A stretch of DNA of 64,000 bases from Mobula hypostoma (Eukaryota): contig NC_086097.1 in assembly GCF_963921235.1 (NCBI RefSeq), forward strand, positions 220,164,001 through 220,228,000, given 5' to 3'. This document shows positions 48,252-61,649 of this stretch, in pieces. Every line of letters begins with the position of its first letter. The first letter of the stretch is position 1. Made by a program: the position numbers and the translations under genes. The notes under the pieces were generated by a model. It did no database searches, was not told where the DNA came from, and saw nothing but the letters and a program-made list of their open reading frames with translations.

Positions 48252-50890
48252 CAGGGGGGGTCAAACTACCAGCCCGCGAAGGGGTCCAATCCAGCCCGCG
48301 GGATGATTTGGGGAAAAAAAAGTATATTCACGACCATTTATTATGTATCAGTACGGCAGCCGTACAATAGGCGGCAGTTAATCACCCACTGTGCATAAGC
48401 ACCTACCACCCTGCACTGAAGAGCACTAGGGTCCCACTTACGTCGTCAGACACAGTATAAACACACAGCGTACTCAGGTAAGTAACACCTGTAGCAAGGC
48501 TGAGACGGTTTGCTGCTGTGGTTGAAAATGCTTTCCAAGAAAAGAAAAGTTGACATCGAAGATCGGATATTCAATGATAATTGGAAAGATCGTTTTTCCT
48601 TCTGTGAGGTCAACGGCAAACCTGTGTGTCTGATATGCTCGCAACAAGTGGCTGTGGCAAAAGAGTACAATATCAAACGACACTATGAGACGTCACACGG
48701 AGAAAAATATGACAAGTACGCAGGACGACTCAGTATGCAAAAGGTAAACGAGCTTGAAGCAGCTCTGAAAAAACAGCAATCAGTGTTCACCAAAAGTTGA
48801 GAGACTCAATAATGGAGCTGTCGAGGCCAGCTACATTATTGCCAACAAAATAGCTGCGGCGTTGAAGCCATACTCAGAGGGGGAATTCATCAAAGCATGC
48901 ATGCTGACGGCGGCTGAGCTGGTGTGCCCTGAGAAGAGACAGGCTTTTGGTAAAATCAGCTTGTCAAGAAATACTGTGGCAGAGAGAATCGGGGACCTTG
49001 CAGGAGATCTGAACAGTCAACTAAAAAACAAAGTAAAGTCATTTATTGCCTTCTCTATTGCAATTGATGAGAGCACCGACGTGACTGATGTAGCTCAATT
49101 GGGAATATTTATTCGTGGTGTTGATGCATCTTTGACCGTCACCGAGGAGTTTGTGGAGATGGTGCCCATGACAAACACAACAGCGAACGATGTTTTCTCC
49201 AGCCTCCTCGAGGCCTTGGACAGACTGGGGGTTGACTGAAGTCGCACTGTTGGCGTGGTAACAGATGACGCACCGTCCATGGTCGGGAAAGAGGCAGGTG
49301 TTGTTGCGAAACTCAGAGAGAAAGTTCAAACACAGAATCCAGAGCAGGAATTCTGGAATTTTCATTGTATTGTACACCAAGAGGCGTTATCAAAACAGTT
49401 TATTTTCTTTGAGCCAAGGGACTGAACCATCGGGAATTTGACACTCTTTTGTCTGAAAGTAATATTGGGCACGGCCGACTCTACCACACTGAAGTCCGCT
49501 GGTTGAGCAGAGGGGTTGTGCTCAAACGTTTTTTTTCAATTACGTGTGGAAATTGGACTATTCATGAACGAGAAAGGGAAGCCAGTGGCAGAGTTGGATG
49601 ACCCAGACTGGCTTCATGATCTTGCATTTTTGGTGGATATAACAGAGCAGTTAAATGTGCTTAATGTTAACATGCAAGGCCGTGCAGACTTGTTATAGAA
49701 TACTACTCCAGCATTTGTGCCTTTCAAATTGAATTAGGCCTGTGGGAGATGCAACTATCCCAGAGCAACCCAGCTCATTTCCCCTCTTTGCACTCATGGG
49801 AATAATGACAACATGGACAGGTACAAGGACAAAATATCATGGCTGAAAAGTGAGTTTCAGAATCATTTCCAAGTCTTCACACAGCTCGAGAAGGAATTCT
49901 CACTATCTTGCTCGCCGTTTGCCGTCAACACAGCATCAGATGTGCCGGAGGAACTCCAAATGGAACTAATTGAAATTCAGTGTAACTCGGCTTTGAAATA
50001 TAAATTTGAGACTGTGGGTCTGGGCTCATTCTATCAATACCTGGGACCGATGTACCCCAAGATGACAGACTTTGCCTCAAAGATCCTTTGCGTGTTCGGG
50101 ACAACATATTTGTGTGAGCAGGTGTTCTCCATAATGAACATTAACAAATCCAAACAGCGCTCGCAGCTGACACACAGACATCTAAATGACATTATGAAAA
50201 TCACAACTGCCCAGAAACTGGTCCCTGATGTTGACAGGCTGGTTAAAGCCAAGAGACGTCAGGTGTCTGGAAGCAGCAAGTGAAAAATGAGTGACACTGT
50301 TCGATGCACTGCGACATGTAAGCAAAATACATTATGAAATATTGACTGTCATAATATTGTGATTCATTCATTTTCTGACTATTCTATTATTGTAAATGTG
50401 ATCACTTCAATAAAAATTAGAGGCCAACTGTGTTCATTGTCTGAGGTTGATTGCTGGAAGCAGGCTATTAAAAATTAGGTGCAGTTGTGTAGCCTACATT
50501 TACAATATGTTTTGTTAGGTCTACATTTGTGTCTGCTAATGTTCGATTTCAAATGGTTTATTAATGGAAAGAGTGTGGCTCCCAAAACAATCTTAGGCAA
50601 ACTGGCATCTTTTTTTTCTCTCTCATCACAACTTTCTTGTAGCGTACGACTATGAGTTAATACCAATCATAAAAATAATGCTTGCTAGGCAATCTTCTTC
50701 ATAAGAAACGAAATTCGTAAAGTGAAACACTTTGTAGTTATAGCAGAGACTAAGACACGTGAGAGCAGGTTGAAAAAACGAAGGCAACGAAAGCTGTGGG
50801 AGCACGTGCACGTGCACAACTGATCCAGCCCGCAGGAAGTTGCATTTTGCCCAATCCAGCCCATGACCTAAAATGAGTTTGATACCCCTG
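48252..50890 (+). mobile_element. Full-length hAT transposon, Buster/Charlie (SPIN/GTF2IRD2-like), 2639 bp
   Basis: TIRs CAGGGGGGGTCAAACT and AGTTTGATACCCCTG, perfect 8-bp TSD TTCTACAT (48244-48251, 50891-50898) and CCAGCCC subterminal repeats at both ends. Confidence 0.96.
48528..50283 (+). pseudogene. Disrupted hAT transposase
   Basis: MLSKKRKVD..CLIC..KEYNIKRHYETSH, IAIDESTDVTD, TDDAPSM, HCIVHQE, VRWLSRG and FGTTYLCEQVFS. Several stops, frameshifts and a deletion. Confidence 0.93.
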
Positions 50891-52104
50891 TTCTACATTC
50901 TAATTCTTCATTTTGGCACATCATTCATCATTTGTGCTTGGTTAGATGAGTCTTTGCATTCTAAAAACAATCTTCTCCAGCACCCGAAAGACTTCCATCA
51001 AATAGTTCCTGTTTATAACCTTTGTGTAAAATAATGAACTCAGTTGTGATCAATGGATTTTATATACTGTCTTTAAAATGGTATAATATTCAAAGACAAT
51101 TTACAGGAGCATAATAAATCAAAAATTGAGACTGAATCAATGAAGGAGACATCTGAACAATATGGATTTTTTGGTCGGCAGTAAGCCAACAACATACACT
51201 GACTTTGGAAAAGATTGTACCTGAAAGAATCAATATGATCAATTTGAAGAGAATGCTGAAAAGGTTCTCTGTAATGTGGCCTTTTGCTTCTAAGAGCCAT
51301 GAACAGCATAGCATGGCAGGACCAGGACTATTCCAAACCATGAAGTGAGGTAAAAGCAAAAATAACGTATTTCAAGTTCCCATGAGTATTTAATTTCCAG
51401 CCATGGTCACTATGCCATCTTTGTAAATGTCTGAATGAACAAATTTATCTCTAGTAAGTTAAAGACATCTTTAATTCTAACGCTTTACTATAATTTCACT
51501 TTTTTTTATTCTCTGGAACTCTTTTACTCATTTTTCTGGCAGCTCAATTGAATCAAGACTGGCAGCAGAGGCAACTCACAAGTCCATGAGAGAGATTTAA
51601 AGAGGAGCGTTCCTGGACTTCCGGCATTTTCTGGCAAGCCAATCAAATAGGTACTCATTAGCAAGGGCAAATGAAAATAAGGCAGGGAAAAGCGAAGGGG
51701 CCATTGTGTGAGTGGACCAGTTTTAGAGTGATAGGCTTTAGCTCCAGGCTGGGGCGAGGTATGTATCTGTTAAGTTTCTTCTTCAACCTTCATCTAGTGG
51801 TACATAGTTGGAGCAGTGAGAATGACTCAAGGGGCTGTGTTGTGTCTTTGTGTGAGATATGGGAATTCTGGAAAATCTCCAGCCTCCCATATAAACACAG
51901 CTGTACCAGGTGCACTGAGCTGCAGCTCCTCAGAGAACATATTAAGGAACGAGAGCAGCAGCTCGATGACCTTCAGCTCGTATGGAAACCGAGGAAGTAA
52001 TAGATAGGAGCTACAGAGAGGTAGTCACCCCTAAGCTACAGGAGGCAGGTATCTGGGTGACTGTCAGGAGAGGGAAAGGAAATAGACAGCCAGTGCAGAG
52101 TATC

Positions 52105-52440
52105 CCGGCCAGCCAGTTGTGTAGCGGCATCCGCACGGGACTTCGAGGCGAGTGGACCTGGGTGCGAACCCGGCTGGCTCCTTGCACACTTTCCATCTGT
52201 GCTGGGTTAACCGTGAAGCTAGCAATTCAGCCTCATAAAAAGCAGACAAAAAAACGCTAAAGACATGCTGTCGAAGGGTCTCGGTTCAAAATATCAACTG
52301 TACTTCTTTTCCCCGGCCTGCCGAGTTCCTCCAGCATTTTGTGTATGTTTCTTGGATTTCCAGCATCTGCAGATTTTCTCTTGTTTGTGAAAGAAATGGC
52401 AAGGTGGCACCACAAGGCATGGAAAGGAGAAACAATAACA
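52105..52440 (+). mobile_element. tRNA-headed SINE containing a Penelope-derived piece, inserted in CR1 ORF1
   Basis: A/B-box-like ttgtgtagcgg...gggtgcgaaccc, Penelope tail at about 52270-52390, and CAGAGTA repeated near both ends. Confidence 0.6.
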
Positions 52441-55066
52441 GAGTAGCTCTGTGGCCATTTCCCTCAGTAATAGGTAGGACACGGTTTGGATACTGTTGGG
52501 GGAACAAACTACCTGGGAAAGCCACAGTGACTGAATTTCTGACACTACGTCTGGTGCTGTGGCTCATTAGCAAAGGGAGGAGAAGAGGACTGCAGTGGTG
52601 ATTGGGGATTCCATGGTTAGAGGAGTAGACATCAGATTATGTGGATGTGATAGAGACACACTGATGGTATGTTTCCTCCCAGATGCGAGGGTAAAGGATA
52701 TGGCAAATCAGGTCAATGGCATTCTAAAGGGGATGGGTGACCAATCAGAAATCTTGGTACATATTGGCACCAATCACATAGGTAGGACAAGGGGGGCGGT
52801 CCTGGAGAGAGAATTTAGAGAGGCAGGCAGAAAACTGAAAAGCAGCATTTCCAGGCTAGTAATCTCTGGATTGCTGCCTGTGTTGCGCTCCAGTGAGGGT
52901 AAGAATCAGATGATTTGGCAGTTGAATGTGTGGCTGAAGAACAGATGCATTGGTCATGATCTTCCAGGAATCAATTGATTCTGGCATGGTCCGGAGGACT
53001 GGAAGATTGCAAATGTCACTCCACTCTTTAAGAAGGGAGGAAGGCAAAAGAAAGGAAATTGCAGGCCAGTTAGCCAAACTTTGGTGTTTGGGAAAGTGCT
53101 GAAGTCTATTATTAAGGATGAGGTTTCAGGGTACTCAGAGACTAAAGATAAAATAAGTCAAAGTCAGCATGATTTCAGTAAAGGGAAATCTTGCCTGACA
53201 AATCTGTTAGAGTTACTTGAGGAAGTAACAGGCAGGGTGGACAAAGGAGAGGCAGTGGATGTCATTTACATGAATTTTCAGAAGGTATTTGATAAGGTGC
53301 CTCACATGAGGCTGCTTATCAAGATAAAATCCAATGGCATTACAGGAAAGATACTGGATAGAGGAATGGCTGACAGGCAGGAGGCAGTGAGTGGGAATAA
53401 AAGGGGCCTTTTCTGGTTTACTGTCAGTGACTAGTGGTGTTCCTCAGGGGTCAGTATTGGGACCTCTACTTCTCACATTGTTCACCATTGATTTTGATAA
53501 TGGAATTGATGCCTTTGTGGCAACGTTTATGGGTGATACAACGATAGATGGAGGGGTAGGTGATGCTGAGGAAGCAATGCAATTGCAGCAGGACCTAGAC
53601 AAATTGGACGAATGGGGAAAAAAGTGGCAGTGTTGGGAAATGCATGATAATACATTTTGGTAAAAGGAGCAATAGTGCGGACTATTATCTAAATGGGGAG
53701 AAGGTTCAAACATCGGAGGTGCAGAGGGACTTAGGAGTCCTCATGCAAGACTCCCAGAAGATTAATTTACAGCTTGAGTCTGTGGTAAAGAAGGCAAATG
53801 CAATGTTGGCATTTATTTCAAGAGGAATAGAATATAAAATAAAGGCGATAATGCTGAGTCTTTATAAGACACTAGTCAGGCTGCACTTGGAGTACTGTCA
53901 ACAGTTTTGAGCCCGATATCTCAGAAAGGAAGTGTTGTCACTGGAGAGAGTCCAGAGGAGGTTCACAAGGATAATTCTCGGAATGGAGGTGTTAACATAT
54001 GAGGAGCGTTTGGCAGCTTTGGGCCTGTACTCACTGGAATTTAGAAGAATGTTGGGAGATCTCATGTTGAAATGTTGAAAGGACTAGAGAAAGTGTATGC
54101 TGAAAGGATGCTTCCTGTGGTGGGGTGTCCAGAACTAGAAGGCACAGCCTCAAAATTGAGGGGCAACCTTTTAGAACAGAGGTAAGGAGGAATTTTTTTA
54201 GCCAAAAAATGGTGAATCTGTGGAATGCTCTGCCACAGACTGTGGTGGAGGCAAAGTCCATTGGTATATTTAAGGTGGAAGTTGACAGTTTCCTAATCGA
54301 CAGGGCATCAAAGGATATGGTGAGAAGACAGGTGTATAGAAACATGGAAAACCTATAGCACAATACAGGCCCTTTGGCCCACAAAGCTGTGCCAAACATG
54401 TCCTTACCTTAGAACTACCTAGGCTTACCCATAGCCCTCTATTTTTCTAAGCTCCATGTACCCAATGGTTGAGTGGGATCCAGAATCAGCCATGATGGAG
54501 TGGTGGAGCAGACTCAATGGGCTGAATGGCTAAGGTTCTGCTCCTACGTCTTATATACTTATGGTCTCATGGAACCTTTAGGAGGCAGTGGTCATAATAT
54601 GATAGAAATCACCCTGCAATTTGAGACAAAGAAACTGAAGTCAAATGAATTTCAGAGATGTACATTTTGATAATAAGTGAACCTTTGAATCCTTTGAATG
54701 AGGGGAATTACAGAGGCATGAGTGAGGAGCTGGCCAAAATTGATTGGAAGGGGACACTGGCAGGGCTGTTGGCAGAGCAGAAATGGTTGCAGTTTCTGGT
54801 GGCAATTCCGAAAGTGGGGGATAGATACATCGCAAGGAAGAAGTGGTATTCTAAAGGCAGGATGATGCAATCATGACCAACAAGGAAAATCAAAGCCAAC
54901 ATAAAGGCATATAATAGAGTAAAAAATAGTAGGAAGTTAGAGGTTTAGGAAGCTTTTAAAAAAACTAACAGAAGGCAATTAAAAAAGCCACAAGACCAGG
55001 GAAGATGAATTATGAAGTTAAGCTAGTCAATAATATAAAAGAGGATACCAACAGGTTTTTCAAATA

Positions 55067-55784
55067 CAGTTGGCCCTCCGTATCCACGGGGGTTTGGTTC
55101 CATGACCCTCCTGCGGATACCACATTCTGTGGATGCTCAAGTCCCATATATAAAATAGCATAGTATTTGCATATAACCTATGCATGTCCTCCCATATACT
55201 TTAAATCATCTCTAGATTACTTATAATACCTAATACAATGTAAATGCTATGTAAATAGTTGTTATGCTGTATTGTTTAGGGAATAATGACAATCAAAACA
55301 AGTCTGTACATGTTCAGTACAGACGCAACCATCGTAGCTCTTCTGGGAACGTTGATGCTGCCACAACATCAGCCGATGCTGATTCTCCCGTGATCTTTAA
55401 GTTCTTGAGGCTGTAGGGCTTTACATAGCTAGCCAGCCATCCCTTACTAGCCTCAAACTCCTTCCTCTCGCTCACAACACAAGGAGTGAACGAACGAGAT
55501 GCGAGGCGAACAATGCTCAAACAACGAGTAATACTTTTAATCATCTCTGGATTACAGTACTTTACGCTCCCTCTCAGCCTTTGAGGAATTGCTTTGACCA
55601 CTTAATTGCTTTTTAGGAGCCATTTTTTCACAGAAACAAAGGGTGCACACAACACAAATAGCGACCAAATGAGACATGAGGTGAACAATGCTCAAACAAC
55701 GAGTGCTGGAGAGAGAACTTCTGGGGTTTTTTTTCCGCTCCTGATCCACAGTTGGTTGAATCCGCAGATATGGAGGGCCGACTA
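55067..55784 (-). mobile_element. MER2-like Tigger/pogo deletion derivative
   Basis: TA-flanked TIRs CAGTTGGCCCTCCGTATC / GATATGGAGGGCCGACTA. Transposase remnants MAPKKQLSG..KAERERKVL and FEASKGWLASY..KITGESASAD. Confidence 0.88.
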
Positions 55785-58499
55785 TATATAAAGAATAAAA
55801 GAGGGGCGAGGGTAGATATCGGACCACTGGAAAATGAGGCTGGAGAGGTAGAAATGGGGGGGCAAGGAAACGACAGATGAATTGAATAAGTATTTTGCAT
55901 CGGTCTTTGCTGTGGCATGCACTAACAGTATGCCAGAAGTTTGAGAATGTCAAGGGGCAGAAGTGAGTGTGGTTGCTATTGCGAGGGAGAAGGTGCTTGG
56001 GAAGCTGAAAGGTCTGAAAGCAGAGAAGTCACCTGGACCAGATGGACTATACCTTAGGGTTCTGAAAAAAGTAGCTGAAGCAATTGTGGAGGCATTAGTA
56101 ATGATCTTTCAAGAATCAATGGATTCTGCATGTTGCTGCAGGACTGGAAAACTGCAAATATTACTCCACTCTTCTAGAAGGGAGGGAGGCAGAAACTCAC
56201 CACAGGCTGGATGTTAATGTATGTTGTCTACCATTAATGGAATTGTTATACCACAAAATTCCTCCAGTTAGTGAAAGTGATCTATAGACAAGTGTCCAAA
56301 GCATTTTCCTGTTTCAGGCTGCAAACTTCCAAATGTAAATTGCTTTTCTAATTAGATAAGATATACTTTATGATCCAGGCATCATCCTGACACTGAACTG
56401 ACTCTGCAGCTGTGGCCTGCACCCATCAGCACTCAGCTCTGGCTCTGTGACTGCGGCTTGCAGCCATTGGGCTCCTGGACCGGTTGAAGCACTGAACTGG
56501 CTCTGTGACTGTGCACTCACTTTCAGTTTATGTTCTGTATGCTATTTGTTAATTTTTTTAATATAGTTTGCGTGATCTGTTCTTTTTGCACATTGGGTGT
56601 TTGACGGTATTTTTGTGTGGGGCTTTTTTTATGGATTCCATGTGTGTTTCTTTGTTTTAGTGGCTGTCTGCAAGAAGATAAATCTCAAGGCGTACTTACT
56701 TCGATAATAAATGTACTTTGAACTTTGAAATCTCATATAACCAAGCACCCTTCTCTGCTGCCTAGTCACCATATTAAGCTGAAACAGAGTGTCTTGTCAG
56801 ATGAGACAACTATATCTGCTTTGAGTTTGGTGAAGCAACCGAGTAATGTGTAGGTTTAAGTGCAAAGCGACAAGACAGATGAAAATCTTTTGAACATACT
56901 TTGGAGGGATCATTCAATGCTTGCAACATTCTCCCACATGGATCGGATGATGGAGGAGTCACAGTGCCATTTTGTCTGGGACTATGACACAAAAGAGGCA
57001 GAGCTGGTTCACAGGAAGTCCTACAGATGTTTTCTGTTAACTTGAAATCAATGCAATGAAAATACTGTCAACTATAAAAAAAGTAAATGGAAAAAGAATT
57101 TTCTTTTAACCAGTTCCAGACTAACAATCAATAGCTCTCTGTACTTACTTAAATAACGTGTTTACATTTGCTGCCTTCCAATCTGTGGAAAATGTTCTAG
57201 AACCTATGGAATTTAGTAGATGCACTAGGTTGTTCTCATCCACCAACAGAGGGATCGCCATCAAAAGAAAACAGGACCTGTGTATTCAGGACCTGGAGAT
57301 TTATTTTCTTTCTTTTCTATTAATTTCTCCATTGCTATTTTTGAAATAAAGCTGTTCCAACTTTTGAAAAGCTGTTTGTAACAGCATTACTCAATACTAT
57401 TCAGTAATAGTGCCTATTAAGTCAAAAATACTTTTGATGACAAAGCCATTCAAATGATCTTAATCCATTCATATTTAGAATATAAATAGGAATGATCAGA
57501 GTAAGTAGGCATTCATGAAAGGGATAAATTGTTTGACAAATCTGTTGGAGTTTAAGTTTGTAACTAGTAGAACGGATGAGAATGCATATAGATATGGATC
57601 ATGAACAGGCAGAGGTGATGTAGCTTAATTCAGTATCATGTCTGTCATAAGCCTTGGACCAAAGAACCTGCTCCTATGCTATATTGTACCATGATGAATT
57701 GATTGATGTGGTATATGAAGGCCTTCTGTAAAAGTATCATGCAAAAGGCATCGAAACAAAAGTAGAGTGTGTGGTGTAGAGTGCAAAATTAGAGTACACT
57801 GACATGGACGGAGGACAGATTAATGAACAGAAGGTAAAATTAGGAACAGATAGCTCATTACTGTATATGATGGGAGGCTGTGTTCTGTTGTTCTATGAGG
57901 AATAAAGCTTTTCATAATCCATAAATTCTCTGGATCTTAGGATCAATGTAATATTTCCGTGTCTGCTTATGATTTAAAGTTGCATTACAGTGCCAACTGT
58001 GAGAATGATACAAGAAGGGTATAAGGAGAGATAAATAGGTTGAGTGAATGGGAAAGGATGTGGCAGATAGATAGAGCACAATATGGAAAAATATGGAGTC
58101 GCCTACTTTGATTGGAGAAATAAAATTGGTGTAATTTTAAATAAGATATTAAAAGATGTTGGTTTTCAGAGGAACCTGCTGGTCCTTGTATGCAAACCAC
58201 TAAGTTCACATGCATGCAGAGCAAGCAATGAAGGCAAATGATATGTTGGCCTTTTATTGAAGAGGATTTGATTATATAGAGTCTCTGGTGAAACTGTGTA
58301 CCAGTCTGGTCTCCCTACCAAGTAAATACTTGTGGCTGACTGACAGACGTAATGGATATTCACTTTCCAGGGCTAGAGAAGCTTATTGCTAACCTCAGCT
58401 TTTTAGCATAGTAGCATGACGTTTCCAAAGGGTCCGTGTTTTCTTTTGTGACAAAGAAACATCTGACCGATATTCCTTGCTGTAAACAAGAACAGTCAT

Positions 58500-59392
58500 A
58501 AATTGGGGGACCACTTCGTCGAGCACCTCTGCTCTATCTGCCAAACGTAGACTTTCCTGGTCTCCAAACATTTTATTTCCGAATCCCATTCCTGTTCCCA
58601 CACATCAGTCTGTGGCCACCTCTTGTGGCACAATAAGGCCACCCACAGGGTGGAGGATCACCACCTTGTATTACGTCTGGGTAGTCTCCAACCCAATATC
58701 GATTTCTCCTTCCATTAAACAAACATTTCCCTCCTCCTTCCCTCTTCTTCTATTCTTTTCTCTGCCCTCTTACCTCTTCTAACCTGCCTATCACCTCCCT
58801 CAGGTACCCTCCTCCTTCCCTTTCTCCTATGATGCTCTCAATTCTCCCGACAGATTCCTTCCTCTCCAGCCTTCTACCTTTCCAACCCACCTGGCTTCAC
58901 CTATCACCATCCTCTTTCTCTCCCCCCCCCCCACCATTTTATTCTGATGCCTTCCCCCTTCTTATCCAGTCATGAAGAAGGGTCTCAGTCCAAAATGTTG
59001 ACTAAGGTTATTCATTTCCATAGATGCTGCCTGACCTGCTGAGCTCCTCCACTATTTTGTGTGTATTGCTGTCGATTTCCACCATTTTGTGTGTATGTGC
59101 TAAATCATATATACATGCTGTAACTGGGCTACCTGTCTGGACACGCCCCTCTGCTGACTGCCCCTGTGGCTCCTCCCATAGACACCTGAATAAAGGCGAT
59201 TGTGCCATTGCTCCTCCTCTCAGTCCAGGGGCAGACACTCAGCATGGTGGAGGTCACATTTTACTGCTAATAAAAGCCTTTCAGTACTTACTCTACTTCC
59301 AGTCTTTTGGAGTTACTGATGGTGCATCAGTGTATTGCTTTCGATTTCCACCATTTTGTGTGTATTGCTGTGGATTTCCAGCATCTGCAAAA
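58500..59392 (+). mobile_element. Penelope-like element 3' portion with a triplicated terminal unit
   Basis: LGDHFVEHL-like GIY-YIG C-terminus, pyrimidine tract, gaagaagggtctcagtccaaaatgttgac and three copies of an approximately 30-bp unit. Confidence 0.75.
59096..59329 (+). mobile_element. Short solo LTR, 234 bp
   Basis: TG...CA termini, internal AATAAA and 5-bp TSD GTGTA (59091-59095, 59330-59334). Confidence 0.82.
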
Positions 59393-60414
59393 CTTCTAGT
59401 GTTCAAAATAAGTCTGAAGTTAAAAGAACAGTTTTACAAAACAAACAGCACTGGCTGCTGGCCCACAGTATGGGGAATGCCTGCTCTAGAGATATGGTTT
59501 GCAAAGTGAGTGACAATAATCACAAGATATTCTGCAGATGCTGTAAGACAATGGGGTTGTGTTAATTGCTCTGCATCAAACTATACCACACTAGCTATGC
59601 TATTTAATTCAAGGAAATTTCCAGAACGGACTTATTTTGTCACGTAGCACATCAAACATGGCCATAGGTATCATCAGTCATTAGCTGGGATATTTGAATA
59701 TTCAGAAAGCCAGCCATCACAGTATTAATTTTGGTCTCTGGGATCTCTGTCCCAAGAAGCTTTTTGACCTTTTTTGCAAACATCACATGCAAATAATATC
59801 AATTAGTAGCAACACAGTATAAATGTTAGAAAGCATTGAATATTGTGAAGAATGATCAGGAAAATGACAGAAAGACGAACTAGAATTCATTCCTCAATCT
59901 TCGGTTTCTGTGATGGATGACTTGTTCATCTGCAACTCTTTAGTTCATAAGGAATTGGTAATCCTTAGTGGTTGGAAATCTTTGTAGTTTATAAGACCAT
60001 AAGACATAGGAGCAGAATTAGGCCATTCAGCCCATTCAGTCTGTTATGCCATTCCATCATGGCTGATCCCGGATCCCACTCAAACCCATTCACCTGCCTT
60101 CTCACCATATCCTTTGATGTCCTGACCGATTAGGGAACGATCAACTTCTGCCTTAAATATACCGTAAGACTATAAGACATAGGAGCAGAATTAGGCCATT
60201 TGGCCATCTTTATACATCTTTTTGAAGATTGTTCCAGAAGATGATGATGATCTGCTGTATGAAGATGAATTAAACAGATTGAACCCAGACTTGAATTTAC
60301 TTGATCTCATTGAAAGATATGAAACTCTTATGGTTAACTGGAAGGATGAGGGTTCCAGTTGCTGGAGTGTTAACAGTCGGGGGGGGGGGTGCCTTTCAGT
60401 ACTGAGGTGAGATG

Positions 60415-60665
60415 TTATTTATTTATTTGGATAGATAGAGCACATTAAAGGCCCTTCTGGCCCATCGAGACCATACTATCCCATTACAGCCATGTGACCA
60501 GTTAATCTGCTAATCGGTACGCCATTGGAATGTGGGGGCAGACCCACGCAGCAACGGGGAGAATGAACAAACACTGACAGACTGCGGTGGGAATTGAACC
60601 TAAGTCACTAGCACTGTAATATTTTAGCATGTTGGCACTAGCACTAACCACTACACTACCGTGCC
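60415..60665 (-). mobile_element. V-SINE-like element
   Basis: Minus strand has ggtagtgtagtggttag..ggttcaattccc..ttctccccgttgctgcgtgggt..tgggccagaagggcc. Confidence 0.65.
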
Positions 60666-61131
60666 GGTGGCATGTAGCAAATTTTTGGAATTCTGTACCC
60701 AAAAGGGCTATATAGAGAGATTCAGCTCCTGAGAAAGTTTTTAAAAAGATCAACAACAGATTTTCAGAATTTACAGGAACCCTGGGATAGAGAGGTAGTA
60801 CAGGAAAGTGGTGCTGAGATCAACCATGATCTTATTGAATAGCAGAGCAGGAACAGAAAGACAAACTTTTCCAATATCTTATGTTCTTATTTTCAAATTA
60901 AAAGTACTAGTATTTTAGTTTTTATCTAGAATTACTACCAGTTGTCTTTCAATTCACTTTATGCTGCACCAGACGGGAGGAAGCCATCTAGTCATCCATG
61001 CCATTGAACATATCCTTTCTCACCTGTGTCAAAATCTCTGTGTCTGACGTTTGACTTGGTAACCACTGCAGAGCTGGAATGGAAGCAAGTACCTGGGACC
61101 CTGGGGGACGGCAGTAAGATTAACACTGAGA

Positions 61132-61147
61132 TGGTGCCCTCTGGTGG
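61132..61147 (-). promoter_or_regulatory. Candidate CTCF-binding motif
   Basis: Minus strand CCACCAGAGGGCACCA matches the core CCASYAGRKGGCRS. It lies in sequence not recognised as a repeat. Confidence 0.5.
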
Positions 61148-61649
61148 TGGATGCACACATCGCACAAATATCAGAAACATCAAATAACCCACTTACAGGT
61201 TGTCCCCAGCTCTCGACCCGGACAGCTGGCAAGTCAGAACTGTATCCAGAAGCCAATTTCCCAGGCAGCAGATGTCTGCAAACCTGTAGCAGCCAACAGA
61301 TTCTTCTTGCTAGGTCTCCCAAACGTTCATTCATTCAAACAGGCTGAGCACAAGTCAGTCTGGGAGGACCTGTTATGCCGCACTGAGCTAATGAACATCC
61401 AGCTTCATTTTTTAAAACATTAAGGACATCATGTTATAAAATTATTCAGGTGTAATGAATCAATTTGTTTCAAATAATATAGTCAGCATCTATCAATGGT
61501 CTTTGTTGGTCCCTCATTATTTTTTCTAATCAATTACCAATATTTAATAAAAGTATTGTCATAATTTTAAAATTCAAGATTGCTTAATGTCATTCCCAGT
61601 ACACAAATATAAAGGGAAATGAAATCATTGTTACCCTGGATCTGATGCA

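Larger units (their letters stand above)
51690..56195 (+). mobile_element. Nested CR1 cluster: ORF1, then an RT/3' end copy, then an EN-RT linker segment
   Basis: ORF1 zinc finger/coiled coil (C..C..CTRC..LQLLRE) and SGNH esterase (VIGDSMVRG, VHIGTN) to about 52945. RT and 3' UTR run about 52946-54570 and the linker about 54570-56195. Several secondary inserts. Confidence 0.85.

Noticed and set aside
48528..50283. Domesticated GTF2IRD2/ZBED-type host gene
   Set aside because: Intact TIRs and TSD with multiple stops and frameshifts indicate a decayed transposon.
60222..60410. Acidic ORF (EDDDDLLYEDELNRL...) resembling an exon
   Set aside because: The DNA (tgatctcattgaaagatatgaaactctta) resembles a decayed CR1 ORF2 3' region.
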